From a virus: a stretch of 64,000 nucleotides of DNA. The DNA lies in IMG/VR virus record IMGVR_UViG_3300035670_000105, positions 26,163 through 90,162 of that record; one strand, given 5' to 3'. Both the position numbers and the translations under genes were made by a program. How positions within the stretch are numbered: position 1 is the stretch's first letter; every line of letters begins with the position of its first letter. Below, in pieces: positions 1-9,789 of this stretch. The notes below the pieces were generated by a model, which worked only from the letters and a program-made list of their open reading frames with translations, made no database searches and was not told where the DNA came from.

Positions 1-1
1 C

Positions 2-136
2 GGCCTGCCGGCTGCCGGTGAATCCCAGATGTTCTACATCTCGGGCCCCGACCTGGAGCTGGAGACGGAGAACTTCAAACAGCTGGCGGCCGCCTTCTGG
101 GCCAAGCGCGCCAGCGCCCAACTGCTGGCGGCCTAG
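2..136 (+). CDS. 3' end of an upstream gene (partial), possibly a PD-(D/E)XK exonuclease
   Basis: Open frame from the window edge GLPAAGESQMFYISGPDLELETENFKQLAAAFW... to TAG at 134-136. Confidence 0.4.
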   Translation, partial: GLPAAGESQMFYISGPDLELETENFKQLAAAFWAKRASAQLLAA

Positions 137-681
137 GCCTCCTCAAGCCAAGCCCAACACCGCCCGCCCGGCAACACGCTGTAGATAGTCGACCTCGGTA
201 TCCGCAACTCCCTTGCGAGACACGAGATCGACTTTGAACCTCGTCTTGCGACAAGGCGCCTGATCTCCAGCACTTGCCCCTGATCAAGGCGAGTCCTTGG
301 ATTCCGCGCGCCGCGAGACGCCGTCCCGTCCCTCACGCGATCCAGCTGATTCTGCGAAGGACTCCCATAGGAGAGATTCACCAGTCGGTTGTCCGTCTTG
401 CCCCCAGGGCCATGCAGAACAACCATCCCGTCTGGCCTCTCGCCCAGAAACGCCTCAGCGACAAGGCTGTGAACCATACAGTTCTCGTGAACTCCACACT
501 TGCTCAATACAAGCTGCAAATATCCATAGGTTGTTGTGGAGAACTTCCTGATCCTTCCTTTCCTCTTCACCTGGCCGAATCGCCTATGAGGCACAACGCG
601 ATCAACGCTGCGCACGCGCCCACGATCTGAAACCTCGTAGAGGCCTTCGTAGCCACAAACCGCAACCCACCGTTCTCCCAT
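133..681 (-). CDS. NUMOD4-HNH homing endonuclease
   Basis: ERWVAVCGYEGLYEVSDRGRVRS (NUMOD4) plus VHSLVAEAF...VLH...DNRLVNL (HNH_3); GGAG SD before ATG 681. Confidence 0.9.
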   Translation of the reverse strand: MGERWVAVCGYEGLYEVSDRGRVRSVDRVVPHRRFGQVKRKGRIRKFSTTTYGYLQLVLSKCGVHENCMVHSLVAEAFLGERPDGMVVLHGPGGKTDNRLVNLSYGSPSQNQLDRVRDGTASRGARNPRTRLDQGQVLEIRRLVARRGSKSISCLARELRIPRSTIYSVLPGGRCWAWLEEA

Positions 682-703
682 AGATACTCCAGCTGCAGGC
701 GGC

Positions 704-1366
704 CTAAAGCAGGAACTGTTCCTGCAGGGTGGAGACGGGCCGGCCGAGCAGCTTCGCCAACCCGCCCCACTGGACCTCATTCAGCTCCTGCTCACCACCC
801 GCTTCGATCGCTTCCAGCACGGGGGTGAGCGTGAGGATGGCGGCCAGCTCATCGAACAGCTCCGGTGCCGGCTCCCGCTTCTGGCGGATGAACTCCATCA
901 AGGCCTGGCACTGCAGCTGTGGTGGTGGTGGTGGTGCCGTCGGTTCATCGAGGGCAGAGCCATAGCGCTCCAGCAAGCGGACCAGCTCCCGTGCCAACTC
1001 CAGAGCCGAGAAGGCGACGGGACGCTGACTGAGCAACCGCTGATGCTCCAGCGCAGCCTCGCGGCCGCTCTCCACCCAGATGTAGACGCTGGTGATGTCG
1101 AAGTCGATCACCTTGGCGAGCTGCGCAACCGTGCGTGCCTTGAGCGCGTCGAAGTCGGCGCCGCCGGTCTTGTAGCGATGCAGCATCGTTGAAGAGATAT
1201 GAAGCGACGCGGCCAGTTCGTTCTGGGCACCAAGGACAGCGCCGCGTTCTGCGCCCAGACGCCTGAGGGCGTAGTTGATCAGCTCGGCAAAGCGCTCATC
1301 CCGCAGGCGCCGCTGGGGATCCTGAGGATTCTCAGCCCGCCCGCCATCTGCATCCAAGGCTGCCAT
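704..1366 (-). CDS. HTH (XRE-like) transcriptional regulator, putative repressor
   Basis: QNELAASLHISSTMLHRYKTG helix-turn-helix; divergent from replication genes. Confidence 0.65.
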   Translation of the reverse strand: MAALDADGGRAENPQDPQRRLRDERFAELINYALRRLGAERGAVLGAQNELAASLHISSTMLHRYKTGGADFDALKARTVAQLAKVIDFDITSVYIWVESGREAALEHQRLLSQRPVAFSALELARELVRLLERYGSALDEPTAPPPPPQLQCQALMEFIRQKREPAPELFDELAAILTLTPVLEAIEAGGEQELNEVQWGGLAKLLGRPVSTLQEQFLL

Positions 1367-1566
1367 GGGGCCAGCGCTCCTGTCGAATCGAGTTCCACCG
1401 TTCTAATACAGGCAATTAGCGGTTGTCGCCTGCGGCTGGTGTAACAACCGGCACTGTTGCGGGAATTGCATCACAGGCCTTCACCTGCCGCGGCCCACCA
1501 CCCCATGCCCTGTGCAACTGGGGTTGACCCATCACCTACCCTCAAGCCGAACCCGGGTTCATCGGC

Positions 1567-4089
1567 GTGGGAGAGAGCGTTGGCAGCCAGCCTTTGCTGG
1601 CGTTGGTGTCCCTGCATCACGGCCATCACAACAAGTCCAAGGACTTCCGAACGGCCGATGCCAGTGACACCTGGACCGTCGCGGCCCTGGACTTCGCCGA
1701 TCTGATCGATCACATCAGCTGCGGCAAGGCGTTCCTCAACTGCCAGCTCGACGGCCCTCGCAAGACCGAGAGCTGCCGCGCCTCCAACCTGATCATCCTC
1801 GATGTCGATGGCGACATCACCCTTGAGGAGTTCTGGGCAATCCCCTTTGCCCAGCGCCACTGCGCCTTCACCTACACCAGCTGCTCCCATCTCGATGATG
1901 CCAAGCAGCAGAAGCGACAATCACCGACCAACCACAGCTTCCGCGCCCTTTTCCCGGCCGAGGCGATCGACATCGGTGAGCCGGGCGGGACTGAGCTGTA
2001 CGCCGAGCGCTACCACCTGCTGCTGGAGCGCCTCGGGCTGCAGCTGAAGGACACCTCCCCGGCCAAGCCAGCCCAACCCTGGTATGGCAATGACGCCACC
2101 CAGGTGCAGCTAGGCCAGGCCGTGCCCCTGGACTGGGAGTTCACAGCTGATGCGGTGGACCGGGTACGGGCCAAAGCGATGGGCCGCCAGCGATTGCAAG
2201 CCGCGGCCGCTGCCAGCTTTGACGATGACGGCCTGGATGAGCAGCGCGCCGTCTACCTGCTCGACAACCTGCTGCGGCCCAGCGTCGATGGCGAATTCTC
2301 CAGCTACTGGGTGCAGGTGTTCAACGCCTGCGCTGCCAGTGGCTCGGACGCCGTCCGTGATGCGTTCCTGGCCTGGCACGACCGCGGCCACCACAGCAAG
2401 ACGCAGAAAGGCGTAGCCCGCCGCTACGACAAGGCGGGTAGCCGCAGCGGCCTGGGCAAGCTGTTCGCTCTGGCCAAGGAGCAACACGGCAGCAACTGGT
2501 ACCAGCTGCTGCCCGTGGAGCTGCGGCGCAAGCGCAGCACCTCCACCCCCCCAATCACCCTGATGTCCTCCCGCAGTTGGGATGACATCGCCCCACAACA
2601 AGACTTCTCCTCCCCCATTCCTGATGCCGTCTCGCCGGCCCAGCTCCAACGCATCAGCTTCAATCTCAACTCGCAGGCGCTGGGCTCATCCGCTGCAGAC
2701 GCCCAGACCCGTGAGGCCGTCGATCTACACAATGATCTGCTCTGGCGCATCTACCGCCTGGAAGTCGAGCTGATCCACCAGAAGGATGGCAGCGAGGAGG
2801 CGGTGGATGAAGCAGAAGGCAGCGCCCTGCAAGTCGAATACCGCAACGAACTGGCCAACCTCCTACCGCTCTACGGCCGGGAGAGCTGGCGCATCGACCA
2901 GGCCCTGCTGGACATCTTCAAGCGCGAGCACAACCTGGGCGGTCGCACCAAGCGGGACATCAAACCCCAGAAGCTCAGCGATCACATCCTGGAAGAAGCG
3001 GAGTGGCTCCTGCCGGATCTGATGATGCCCGGCCGCAGCTACATGCTCTACGGCCTGACGGGCACAGGCAAGTCCACGATGGCGCTGATGCTCGCCCGCG
3101 TGATCACCGGCACCCCGGATCACGCCGCTTTCCTCGACTGCAATCCTGTCCCCGGTGAGATCTTCGGCACCCGTCGCGTGCTCTATGTCGCCAGTGATGG
3201 CGGTGATGGAGCCATCACGGATCTCAAGACTTACGCCAAGCGCCACAAGATGGATCAGGCGCAGTGGTGCGAGGACTACCTGCGCGTCATCGGGGAGAGC
3301 ACCTGCAATAACGCCACCCCATGGAAGATGAATCTCTATGAGATGCATCGCCTGGCCGAAATCCTAGAGGAAGCCGCGGCCGAAGGGGTGCCTTACGCCC
3401 TGGTGATCTTCGACTCACTAAAGGCAATCTGCCCGCGCAACGTGCGTGTTGGCGATCAGATCATCACGGACTACATCGAGATCCTGACCAAGATCTGCTC
3501 CTCCCGCGGGGCGGCGTCGCTGTTCATTCACCACCAGGCCAAGGACACCCCGACATTCCAGGGAGCATCAGGCATTGGCGAGATGATCAGTGGCATTTTC
3601 TCCATCAAGAAGAAGGATGAGCAACACCACTTTTGTATCGAGAAAACCCGTGTGAGTCTACGCGGAAATCGAGAGATCCCGTACACCATCAAGGACGGCA
3701 GGCTTGTACAGCTCAACCACTTTGAAGGTGATGATCACAGCACTGATGAAGGCAAGATTCTCGCCATCTTGCAAGAGCACTATGAGCGCCATCGTAGCCG
3801 CGTCGCCCACCTCGATGTCACCGATGAGCTACGCAACTACGCCGGCATCAGCCGCGATGACCTGCGCATCATGCTCAACCAGCGTGGCGGCAATGGCAAG
3901 AGGATCTTCACGAGGCCAGGGCGCAACGACCTTCTCAAGGAGATGGAGTTAACAGGCGCCATCCGCGAACTAACCCACAAGAAGTTCAAGAACTACGCCA
4001 TCGCCAGTGCCAAAGGTTTCTGCGCTGACACCACCGACCAGCTTCAGATGCCAGCTGACACCGTCGATATTTATCCCGGCTGGGATTGA
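1567..4089 (+). CDS. Primase-helicase (prim-pol-like N-terminus, PriCT-2-like domain, RecA/AAA_25-type helicase)
   Basis: ILDVD and YTSCSH in the N-terminus, WVQVFNACAAS...FLAW, Walker A GLTGTGKS, Walker B VIFDSL, FIHH motif. Confidence 0.85.
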   Translation: MGESVGSQPLLALVSLHHGHHNKSKDFRTADASDTWTVAALDFADLIDHISCGKAFLNCQLDGPRKTESCRASNLIILDVDGDITLEEFWAIPFAQRHCAFTYTSCSHLDDAKQQKRQSPTNHSFRALFPAEAIDIGEPGGTELYAERYHLLLERLGLQLKDTSPAKPAQPWYGNDATQVQLGQAVPLDWEFTADAVDRVRAKAMGRQRLQAAAAASFDDDGLDEQRAVYLLDNLLRPSVDGEFSSYWVQVFNACAASGSDAVRDAFLAWHDRGHHSKTQKGVARRYDKAGSRSGLGKLFALAKEQHGSNWYQLLPVELRRKRSTSTPPITLMSSRSWDDIAPQQDFSSPIPDAVSPAQLQRISFNLNSQALGSSAADAQTREAVDLHNDLLWRIYRLEVELIHQKDGSEEAVDEAEGSALQVEYRNELANLLPLYGRESWRIDQALLDIFKREHNLGGRTKRDIKPQKLSDHILEEAEWLLPDLMMPGRSYMLYGLTGTGKSTMALMLARVITGTPDHAAFLDCNPVPGEIFGTRRVLYVASDGGDGAITDLKTYAKRHKMDQAQWCEDYLRVIGESTCNNATPWKMNLYEMHRLAEILEEAAAEGVPYALVIFDSLKAICPRNVRVGDQIITDYIEILTKICSSRGAASLFIHHQAKDTPTFQGASGIGEMISGIFSIKKKDEQHHFCIEKTRVSLRGNREIPYTIKDGRLVQLNHFEGDDHSTDEGKILAILQEHYERHRSRVAHLDVTDELRNYAGISRDDLRIMLNQRGGNGKRIFTRPGRNDLLKEMELTGAIRELTHKKFKNYAIASAKGFCADTTDQLQMPADTVDIYPGWD

Positions 4090-4637
4090 TCACCCGCTTC
4101 ATTTCCTGCTTCTTCAATTCTTTCATTGGTGATCTATAGATCATTCGATCTATAGATACACCTTCTTCCTTGCTACTTTGGAGACATTGCTCCGAGACAT
4201 AGCCATACGCCTCCGGCTGGATCTTAGGGCATGCCGCAACCGCTGTTTGACTGGCTCCAGTCTCAGGCAATGCCATAACGCAGGGGTTCAACAGCTCGGC
4301 GTCCCTGTGGCTGCAGGCCATTCCAATGTTCACTGCATCGGTATCAAGCTGAGACAACCCGGTGAGATCCCAGTCATTGCAATGGATCTCACGGTTCATT
4401 GCATCGAGCCTCGCTTTCCGTGTTTGCCTAGATTCCAGTGTTTGCAAGGGATCTGCAACGATGCTGCATCGCAGGGGGCCTCGTGATGTGCGCGCATGCA
4501 TGCGCGATCTATCTATGCATTCAAAATCACGCCCCTGAATCACAGTTTGTGAAGCACTCGACAGGGACGCCCTGTTCACCCGGGTTGCACAAGCAGTCGA
4601 ATCCCCCTACGCTCTGGACTGTCGTTGCCCCTGTCCC

Positions 4638-5282
4638 ATGCGCGAGGTGTTCGGTGACGCCCGACTCGTCACCACCGCCGATGGCTTTGCCCTGGAGGCT
4701 CTGGGGCTGCATCGCCCCGCCACGCTGATCGCCTCCACCGCTGGCCACGCAGTCCCCGACCTGACGGATTACCTCGGCCGCGTTGTCAGCTTCGTCGGCG
4801 CCCTGGAGGCTCCAGGCGAGAACCTGGAGATCCTGCGCGTCCACGCCAACGAACTGCATCTGGCCCCAGCCGCGGCGGAAGACCCCACCCCCTCGCCTCT
4901 GTGGGCCGTCACCTCTGGCAACCTCGGCCGTGATGGCGACACCGACAAAGCCGCGGCCTACAACCCCAAGGGTGATCGGGTGACGGCATCGCTGGCCTAC
5001 GCCAAGAACGACACCCGCACCTCCTGGCTGCGCATCAGCTGCTACGCCTACTACGCCGCCGCTCCCCTGCTGGCCGAGCTGGAGGCAGGCAGTGCCATCA
5101 CCACCTACGGCGCCCTGGAGAGCTACGACTACAACGGCAAGCCTCGCCTGCAGCTGGCCCTGCGCGGCTTCCAGCTCAGCCGCACCGGTGGCACCGCTCG
5201 CCCCACGCCAATCACCCTGATGTCCTCGCGCAGCCGGGATGACATCGCTCCGCAAACCGACGCTTTCACCTCAGCGGGATGA
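4638..5282 (+). CDS. ssb: Single-stranded DNA-binding protein (probable tandem OB fold)
   Basis: GNLGRD...TSWLRISCY...AGSAITTYGALESYDYNG typical SSB pattern; acidic tail. Confidence 0.75.
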   Translation: MREVFGDARLVTTADGFALEALGLHRPATLIASTAGHAVPDLTDYLGRVVSFVGALEAPGENLEILRVHANELHLAPAAAEDPTPSPLWAVTSGNLGRDGDTDKAAAYNPKGDRVTASLAYAKNDTRTSWLRISCYAYYAAAPLLAELEAGSAITTYGALESYDYNGKPRLQLALRGFQLSRTGGTARPTPITLMSSRSRDDIAPQTDAFTSAG

Positions 5283-5286
5283 ACAC

Positions 5287-5517
5287 ATGGATTGGACAGT
5301 CGACAACAACGGCAACGAATGCGGTAACTGCCTTTGGTTCCAGGAAACCGAGGCCAAAGAAGGCTTCTGCTACTACGAGCCGCCTCAAGTCTTTGCCGTT
5401 TACGACCGCAAAACCAAGCGGATTGAGCGCGTTACATGCCGGCCCGAAGCCTATGCCCGCTCCATCTGCAGCAAACACACGCCCATCCCAGGCGTGACCC
5501 CCACCCCTACCCCCTGA
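5287..5517 (+). CDS. Small Cys-rich protein
   Basis: CGNC...GFCYYEPP...CSKH; operon context. Confidence 0.6.
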   Translation: MDWTVDNNGNECGNCLWFQETEAKEGFCYYEPPQVFAVYDRKTKRIERVTCRPEAYARSICSKHTPIPGVTPTPTP

Positions 5518-5522
5518 CTCCC

Positions 5523-5837
5523 GTGAAGACCGCTGAGTTTCAACTGGGCATGCGCGTTCGCCGCCGCACCGACGAGTCCGCTTTCGTCCGTGATCGCCGC
5601 GATCATCCCAAGCTCAAAGGGCGTCGCCCTGGCATCGTCGTCGGCATGCCCGAGCGACTCGGGGAGCGGCACACCTCTGTTGCCATCCAGTGGGAAGGCA
5701 GCACCCGCGTTGACCATGTCATCATCCACCGGCTGGAACCACTGCCCAAGAAAGACCAGCCCATCGCCCTCGGCGGCACCTGGCAGGCGGAGCCCGGCAC
5801 CATGCTCGCCAAGGCCAAGACCATACCCTCAGCCTGA
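5523..5837 (+). CDS. Hypothetical protein (SH3/KOW-like)
   Basis: GTG start right after the previous stop; FQLGMRVRR...GIVVG...AIQWEG. Confidence 0.55.
   Translation: MKTAEFQLGMRVRRRTDESAFVRDRRDHPKLKGRRPGIVVGMPERLGERHTSVAIQWEGSTRVDHVIIHRLEPLPKKDQPIALGGTWQAEPGTMLAKAKTIPSA
5822..5830 (+). promoter_or_regulatory. CATACCCTC promoter motif
   Basis: 24 nt before ATG 5855. Confidence 0.7.
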
Positions 5838-5854
5838 CTCGTCCACGGCCGGCC

Positions 5855-6310
5855 ATGGCATTTGATGCCTCCAGGATTCCCGCAGACCAGATCAAGAAGG
5901 CGCGGGAAGCCTATGGCGGAATGATTCAGGGGCGGCCCACTGCTAGTGGCATCACCGACGCCGGGGGCGCTGTTGATCCTTTTGACAAGCAACACGACGG
6001 CAGCTATGCGGTCAACCCCTGGACCCACAACTTCAACACAGACCCCAACCGAGGGAACGTGGCGATCACCAACTACAAGGGTGAAACCGAGTCCGTTCCG
6101 TTCTGGCAAGCTGATCGCCGGTTCTCCGCTGACCTCGGCCTCACCGGCTTTGAAGACATCACCAACCAGCTCAACGAACTGACAGCTCGCTTCTCGGACA
6201 GCCTATACCGGCAGACGAAATACGGCTACCAGAATCTCGCCGAACAGACCGACTCCAAGTTCATCCCGATGAAGCACGGCAAGAACGACCGCAAGCAACG
6301 CTGGGGCTGA
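5855..6310 (+). CDS. Hypothetical protein
   Basis: ORF preceded by CATACCCTC motif at 24 nt. Confidence 0.7.
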   Translation: MAFDASRIPADQIKKAREAYGGMIQGRPTASGITDAGGAVDPFDKQHDGSYAVNPWTHNFNTDPNRGNVAITNYKGETESVPFWQADRRFSADLGLTGFEDITNQLNELTARFSDSLYRQTKYGYQNLAEQTDSKFIPMKHGKNDRKQRWG

Positions 6311-6367
6311 ATCCAACGCGCATCGCCGCAGATTCTCCTTACCCCTGCTTCAGGTTGATGCACCTCC

Positions 6368-6802
6368 ATGTCCCGCGATCACCTGGCCGCTGCACTCTTC
6401 GGGCTGCCCCAATCCCCCAGTGAAAGCCAGAAGCGTTTCGCTGCTGCCGCGGCCACTCTGATCCTCAAGGATCTGATCACCCAATGCGCCAAGCATGCGT
6501 CCCGGGAGGGCCCCGGCGCCCTTGTCGTCGCCATCGCTGAGAACCGCAAGGAACGCAGCACCTGGGCCACCTCCCACACCCTGCACCACAACCTCGCCAT
6601 CGCCGAGGAGCTGAACGACACCGCCATGGCTGATGTCCATCGGCGGCTGCTGGAGCGCCTTGGCTGCATCGACACCAGCACCACGGCCCTGCTGCTGTTG
6701 CTGGAGCGCGATGGCGATGGCCACGGCACCGCTCGCGTCTACGAGCTGGACATCGACCGCGATCCCGCTGCCGCTGCTGCCGCCATTCGGGAGATCGGCT
6801 AA
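6368..6802 (+). CDS. Hypothetical protein
   Basis: TAATG coupling to the next gene. Confidence 0.65.
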   Translation: MSRDHLAAALFGLPQSPSESQKRFAAAAATLILKDLITQCAKHASREGPGALVVAIAENRKERSTWATSHTLHHNLAIAEELNDTAMADVHRRLLERLGCIDTSTTALLLLLERDGDGHGTARVYELDIDRDPAAAAAAIREIG

Positions 6803-7494
6803 TGGCTCTCCGCGTTCGCCCCGCCGGCCGCTGCCGCGGCCACCTGCCTGATCCCGATGGCACCGTCCTCATCCCGCCCGAGGACTACATCGCCGCTGTT
6901 CGCAAGACCCTCGGCTGGATCGATCTCGACCCCTGCTCCACCGCCATCGCCCAGCAGTCCATCGACGCGATGGGCTGGTATCGAGCCGAGGACGCAGAGG
7001 CCGCACTCGCCGAACCCTGGGCCGGCCGCGTCTTCCTCCACCCCCACCCTGACGGCATCATCGCCCGCTACCAGCTGCAGAAGCTGCTGCGGGACTACCT
7101 CGCGGATCGCGTCACCGCCGCTGTCCTCCTGCTTGGCAAGTCCGACTGGCTTCGCTCCGAGCCGCTGCTGCTCTCCTTCCCGTTCCTTTTTCACTACCGC
7201 CGCCTCACCCACTGGCGCTGGCTCACCGCAACCCAGGAGCTGGTGCGCATCAACCCCTCCTTCAACTCCGTCTCCCTCTACCTGCCGGCCAAGGCGAACG
7301 GCACCCATTTCGATGACGACGCCCTCGCCCGTTTCCTCGATGCCTTCTCACCCTTTGGCCGTGTCCTGCTGACAGAAGACCTCGGTGAGGACTGGGAGCA
7401 GCACGCCCTGATCGCCACGCGGCGCATGCCCGTGCATCCCGTCCTCACCACCTCGCGCATCGAGCGGCCCACCATCACCGGAGGCGAGCCATGA
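6802..7494 (+). CDS. Phage N6-adenine DNA methyltransferase-like protein with degenerate catalytic motif
   Basis: IDLDPCS and WAGRVFL motifs present, but NPPY is replaced by HPHP. Confidence 0.7.
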   Translation: MALRVRPAGRCRGHLPDPDGTVLIPPEDYIAAVRKTLGWIDLDPCSTAIAQQSIDAMGWYRAEDAEAALAEPWAGRVFLHPHPDGIIARYQLQKLLRDYLADRVTAAVLLLGKSDWLRSEPLLLSFPFLFHYRRLTHWRWLTATQELVRINPSFNSVSLYLPAKANGTHFDDDALARFLDAFSPFGRVLLTEDLGEDWEQHALIATRRMPVHPVLTTSRIERPTITGGEP

Positions 7495-7964
7495 CCGCTC
7501 GCGCCCCGTACTGCACCATCACCGGCCGCGTCATCAATGGCGGCTGCAGTGGCGTTGCCCTTCTCAATGGCCACCCCCGCTGCCGCATCCCTGTCCTGAC
7601 AGCCGGTGCACCATCGATTCAGACCGAAAGCGGCTGGCTCAGACCCGAACGCTCCCTCGTCTACGACAACCCCACCCTCCTACTCCATCACGCCGCAGCC
7701 ACCCACCCAACCGTCATCCTCACCAAGGCGCAGCTGGCTGGCTTCTCCAAGACCGCCACCCGCCTCATCGCCCTTCTGCGCCCCTACCCCTGGGCCATCC
7801 CCCAGCCCCTCGACTGGCCCGAACCTGAACTCCTCCTCTTCTCCACCATCAACAACCCCCTGCTCTTCGATCTCATCCTCCTCAAGCGGCAGCTGCAGCA
7901 AGTTGAAAAGCTCCAGCTCCATACCCTCAGCGGCAGCTCATTCCTCGCCTACCGGCGTTGCTGA
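7491..7964 (+). CDS. Hypothetical protein
   Basis: ATGA overlap with the previous gene. Confidence 0.6.
   Translation: MTARAPYCTITGRVINGGCSGVALLNGHPRCRIPVLTAGAPSIQTESGWLRPERSLVYDNPTLLLHHAAATHPTVILTKAQLAGFSKTATRLIALLRPYPWAIPQPLDWPEPELLLFSTINNPLLFDLILLKRQLQQVEKLQLHTLSGSSFLAYRRC
7920..7928 (+). promoter_or_regulatory. CATACCCTC promoter motif
   Basis: 29 nt before TTG 7958. Confidence 0.55.
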
Positions 7965-7969
7965 TCTCC

Positions 7970-8167
7970 ATGTCTGACTGGTCAGACCCCCTCTGGCATC
8001 AGCTCTACACCTCCCCCCATCAGCAGGCGATCCTCTCCGCACCCACCCCGCCCCAATCCCCCGACCCCGCCTACATCCAGATCCTCCAGCAGGCCGCCCA
8101 GCAGGCCGTCCCCCTGGAGGCCATCACCTTGACGGGGATCGATGAAACCGCTCGCGCCCTCGATTGA
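7970..8167 (+). CDS. Hypothetical protein
   Basis: Fills the operon gap; alternative TTG start at 7958. Confidence 0.45.
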   Translation: MSDWSDPLWHQLYTSPHQQAILSAPTPPQSPDPAYIQILQQAAQQAVPLEAITLTGIDETARALD

Positions 8168-8170
8168 CCC

Positions 8171-8497
8171 ATGAGCTTTCGCGCTTCTGCCGGTGCCCGG
8201 CCCTTCGGCCGCGCTGCCCTCAGCGGCGGCAAGCGCGGACGCCCCACCGCCAATGCCACCTTCCAGTTCGCCGGCAGCGCTGAGCGCCTCAGCCCCCAGG
8301 CCCAGCGACTCATCGCCTCCCAGCGCTGGAATGAACAACGCGGACGGGAGAAACCGGAAACCGCTCCCCAGAACCGCTCCATCTCCTCCGGCGCAGAGAT
8401 CTCCGCCAGCCGCGGCACCTACCGCAGTGAACGCCGCTTCGCTGGTGAACAAACACCCTTCTCCACCGGCTCTGCCGCTGCCAATCCCTTCTCCTGA
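8171..8497 (+). CDS. Hypothetical low-complexity protein (RFAG motif)
   Basis: Tightly packed between neighbours. Confidence 0.55.
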   Translation: MSFRASAGARPFGRAALSGGKRGRPTANATFQFAGSAERLSPQAQRLIASQRWNEQRGREKPETAPQNRSISSGAEISASRGTYRSERRFAGEQTPFSTGSAAANPFS

Positions 8498-8501
8498 TTC
8501 C

Positions 8502-9083
8502 ATGCTCAAGAACGACACCTGGATCCGCGAGCAAGCTGAACGGGGCATGATCGCCCCCTTTACCCCTGAACTCATCCGCCGCGTCGACAATCACGCCGTC
8601 ATCTCCTACGGCCTGTCATCCTTCGGCTATGACCTCCGCCTCTCCTCTGATCAGTTCCTGATCTTCCGCCACATCCCCGGCACCGTCATCGACCCCAAGG
8701 CGTTCAACTCCGCCAACCTGGAGCGCGCCGTCTTGCATCACGACAGCAACGGCAGCTTCTTCATCCTTCCGGCCCACTCCTATGGCCTGGGCGTAGCACT
8801 GGAGCGACTGGAAATCCCCAACGACATCACCTGCCAATTCATCGGCAAGTCCACCTACGCCCGTTGCGGACTCATCGCTAATCTCACGCCCGGCGAAGCC
8901 GGCTGGCGCGGACATCTCACCCTGGAGTTTTCCAACTCCTCCAGTGCTGACTGCCGCATCTACGCCAACGAAGGCATCGTCCAGGCGCTGTTCCTGGAAG
9001 GCGAGGCCTGCGCTACCTCCTACGAGGACCGCCAGGGCAAGTACCAGGATCAACCTGCAGCCGTCACCCTCGCCCGCGTCTAG
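8502..9083 (+). CDS. dcd: dCTP deaminase
   Basis: ISYGLSSFGYDLRL, GKSTYARCG, TPGEAGWRGHLTLE, YANEGIVQ, SYEDRQGKYQDQ. Confidence 0.95.
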   Translation: MLKNDTWIREQAERGMIAPFTPELIRRVDNHAVISYGLSSFGYDLRLSSDQFLIFRHIPGTVIDPKAFNSANLERAVLHHDSNGSFFILPAHSYGLGVALERLEIPNDITCQFIGKSTYARCGLIANLTPGEAGWRGHLTLEFSNSSSADCRIYANEGIVQALFLEGEACATSYEDRQGKYQDQPAAVTLARV

Positions 9084-9312
9084 GCAGCTTCCGCTCCTTC
9101 ACCTCCTCCAGCTCCTTCGCCATCCACGCCGCGCTGCGCAGAATGCTGCTTAACGGCTGGGCTTTCAAGTCCCGCTCGTGGCAGTAGCGCAGCGCAATGC
9201 GGATCCCCTCGGCAGCATTGCCATTGCCAATCACCCGCGCTGCTTCCATCTCCTGCTTCGTCATCCGCAGCGTGTACGACACGCCGCTGGGAATGGGTAC
9301 GCCTCTGGCCAT
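9064..9312 (-). CDS. Small DNA-binding protein (ribbon-helix-helix-like)
   Basis: SYTLRMTKQEMEAARVIGNGNAAEGIRIAL. Confidence 0.55.
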   Translation of the reverse strand: MARGVPIPSGVSYTLRMTKQEMEAARVIGNGNAAEGIRIALRYCHERDLKAQPLSSILRSAAWMAKELEEVKERKLPRRGRG

Positions 9313-9551
9313 CACTCCGCCCTGCTGAACACCTTGCTGCTGGTGTGCAGCTGCGGCACTCGCCACACCACCCCATCGCCATCGATCAGATGCAGATGGG
9401 GGCAGCCCAGCCACAGCTCGCCGCCCACCACCTTCAACGGCTCGGCATGTCCCAGTGCATGCACGGTCCGGCCCAGCTGCCAGCGCCACGGATGAACCAC
9501 ATCATGGCCTGGTGTCTCCGCAATCCGCTGCCGCTTGCTGCGTTGTGCCAT
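9312..9551 (-). CDS. Hypothetical protein
   Basis: TGATG coupling to the downstream gene. Confidence 0.55.
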   Translation of the reverse strand: MAQRSKRQRIAETPGHDVVHPWRWQLGRTVHALGHAEPLKVVGGELWLGCPHLHLIDGDGVVWRVPQLHTSSKVFSRAE

Positions 9552-9789
9552 GGCTCTCGTCCTCCAGAAGTGGTGATTGATCGGTGCATTCCGGCCGTGT
9601 CGCCGGTGGCCCGCGGAGGGCCTCCGCTGTGACGACCACCTGCTGGGCCTCCAGTTCATCCGCGACGGCACGCAACGCCGCGGCCATCCGCTCACTGCTC
9701 GACAACGGAAGGGCGCCATGCTGCAACCCCCAGTAGGCCTGTAGTGCTGCACTCAGCACCTCCTGGTGCCGCAGGTAGGCGGTGCTCAC
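9502..9789 (-). CDS. Hypothetical protein
   Basis: Operon context; RMAAALRAVADEL. Confidence 0.5.
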   Translation of the reverse strand: MSTAYLRHQEVLSAALQAYWGLQHGALPLSSSERMAAALRAVADELEAQQVVVTAEALRGPPATRPECTDQSPLLEDESHGTTQQAAADCGDTRP

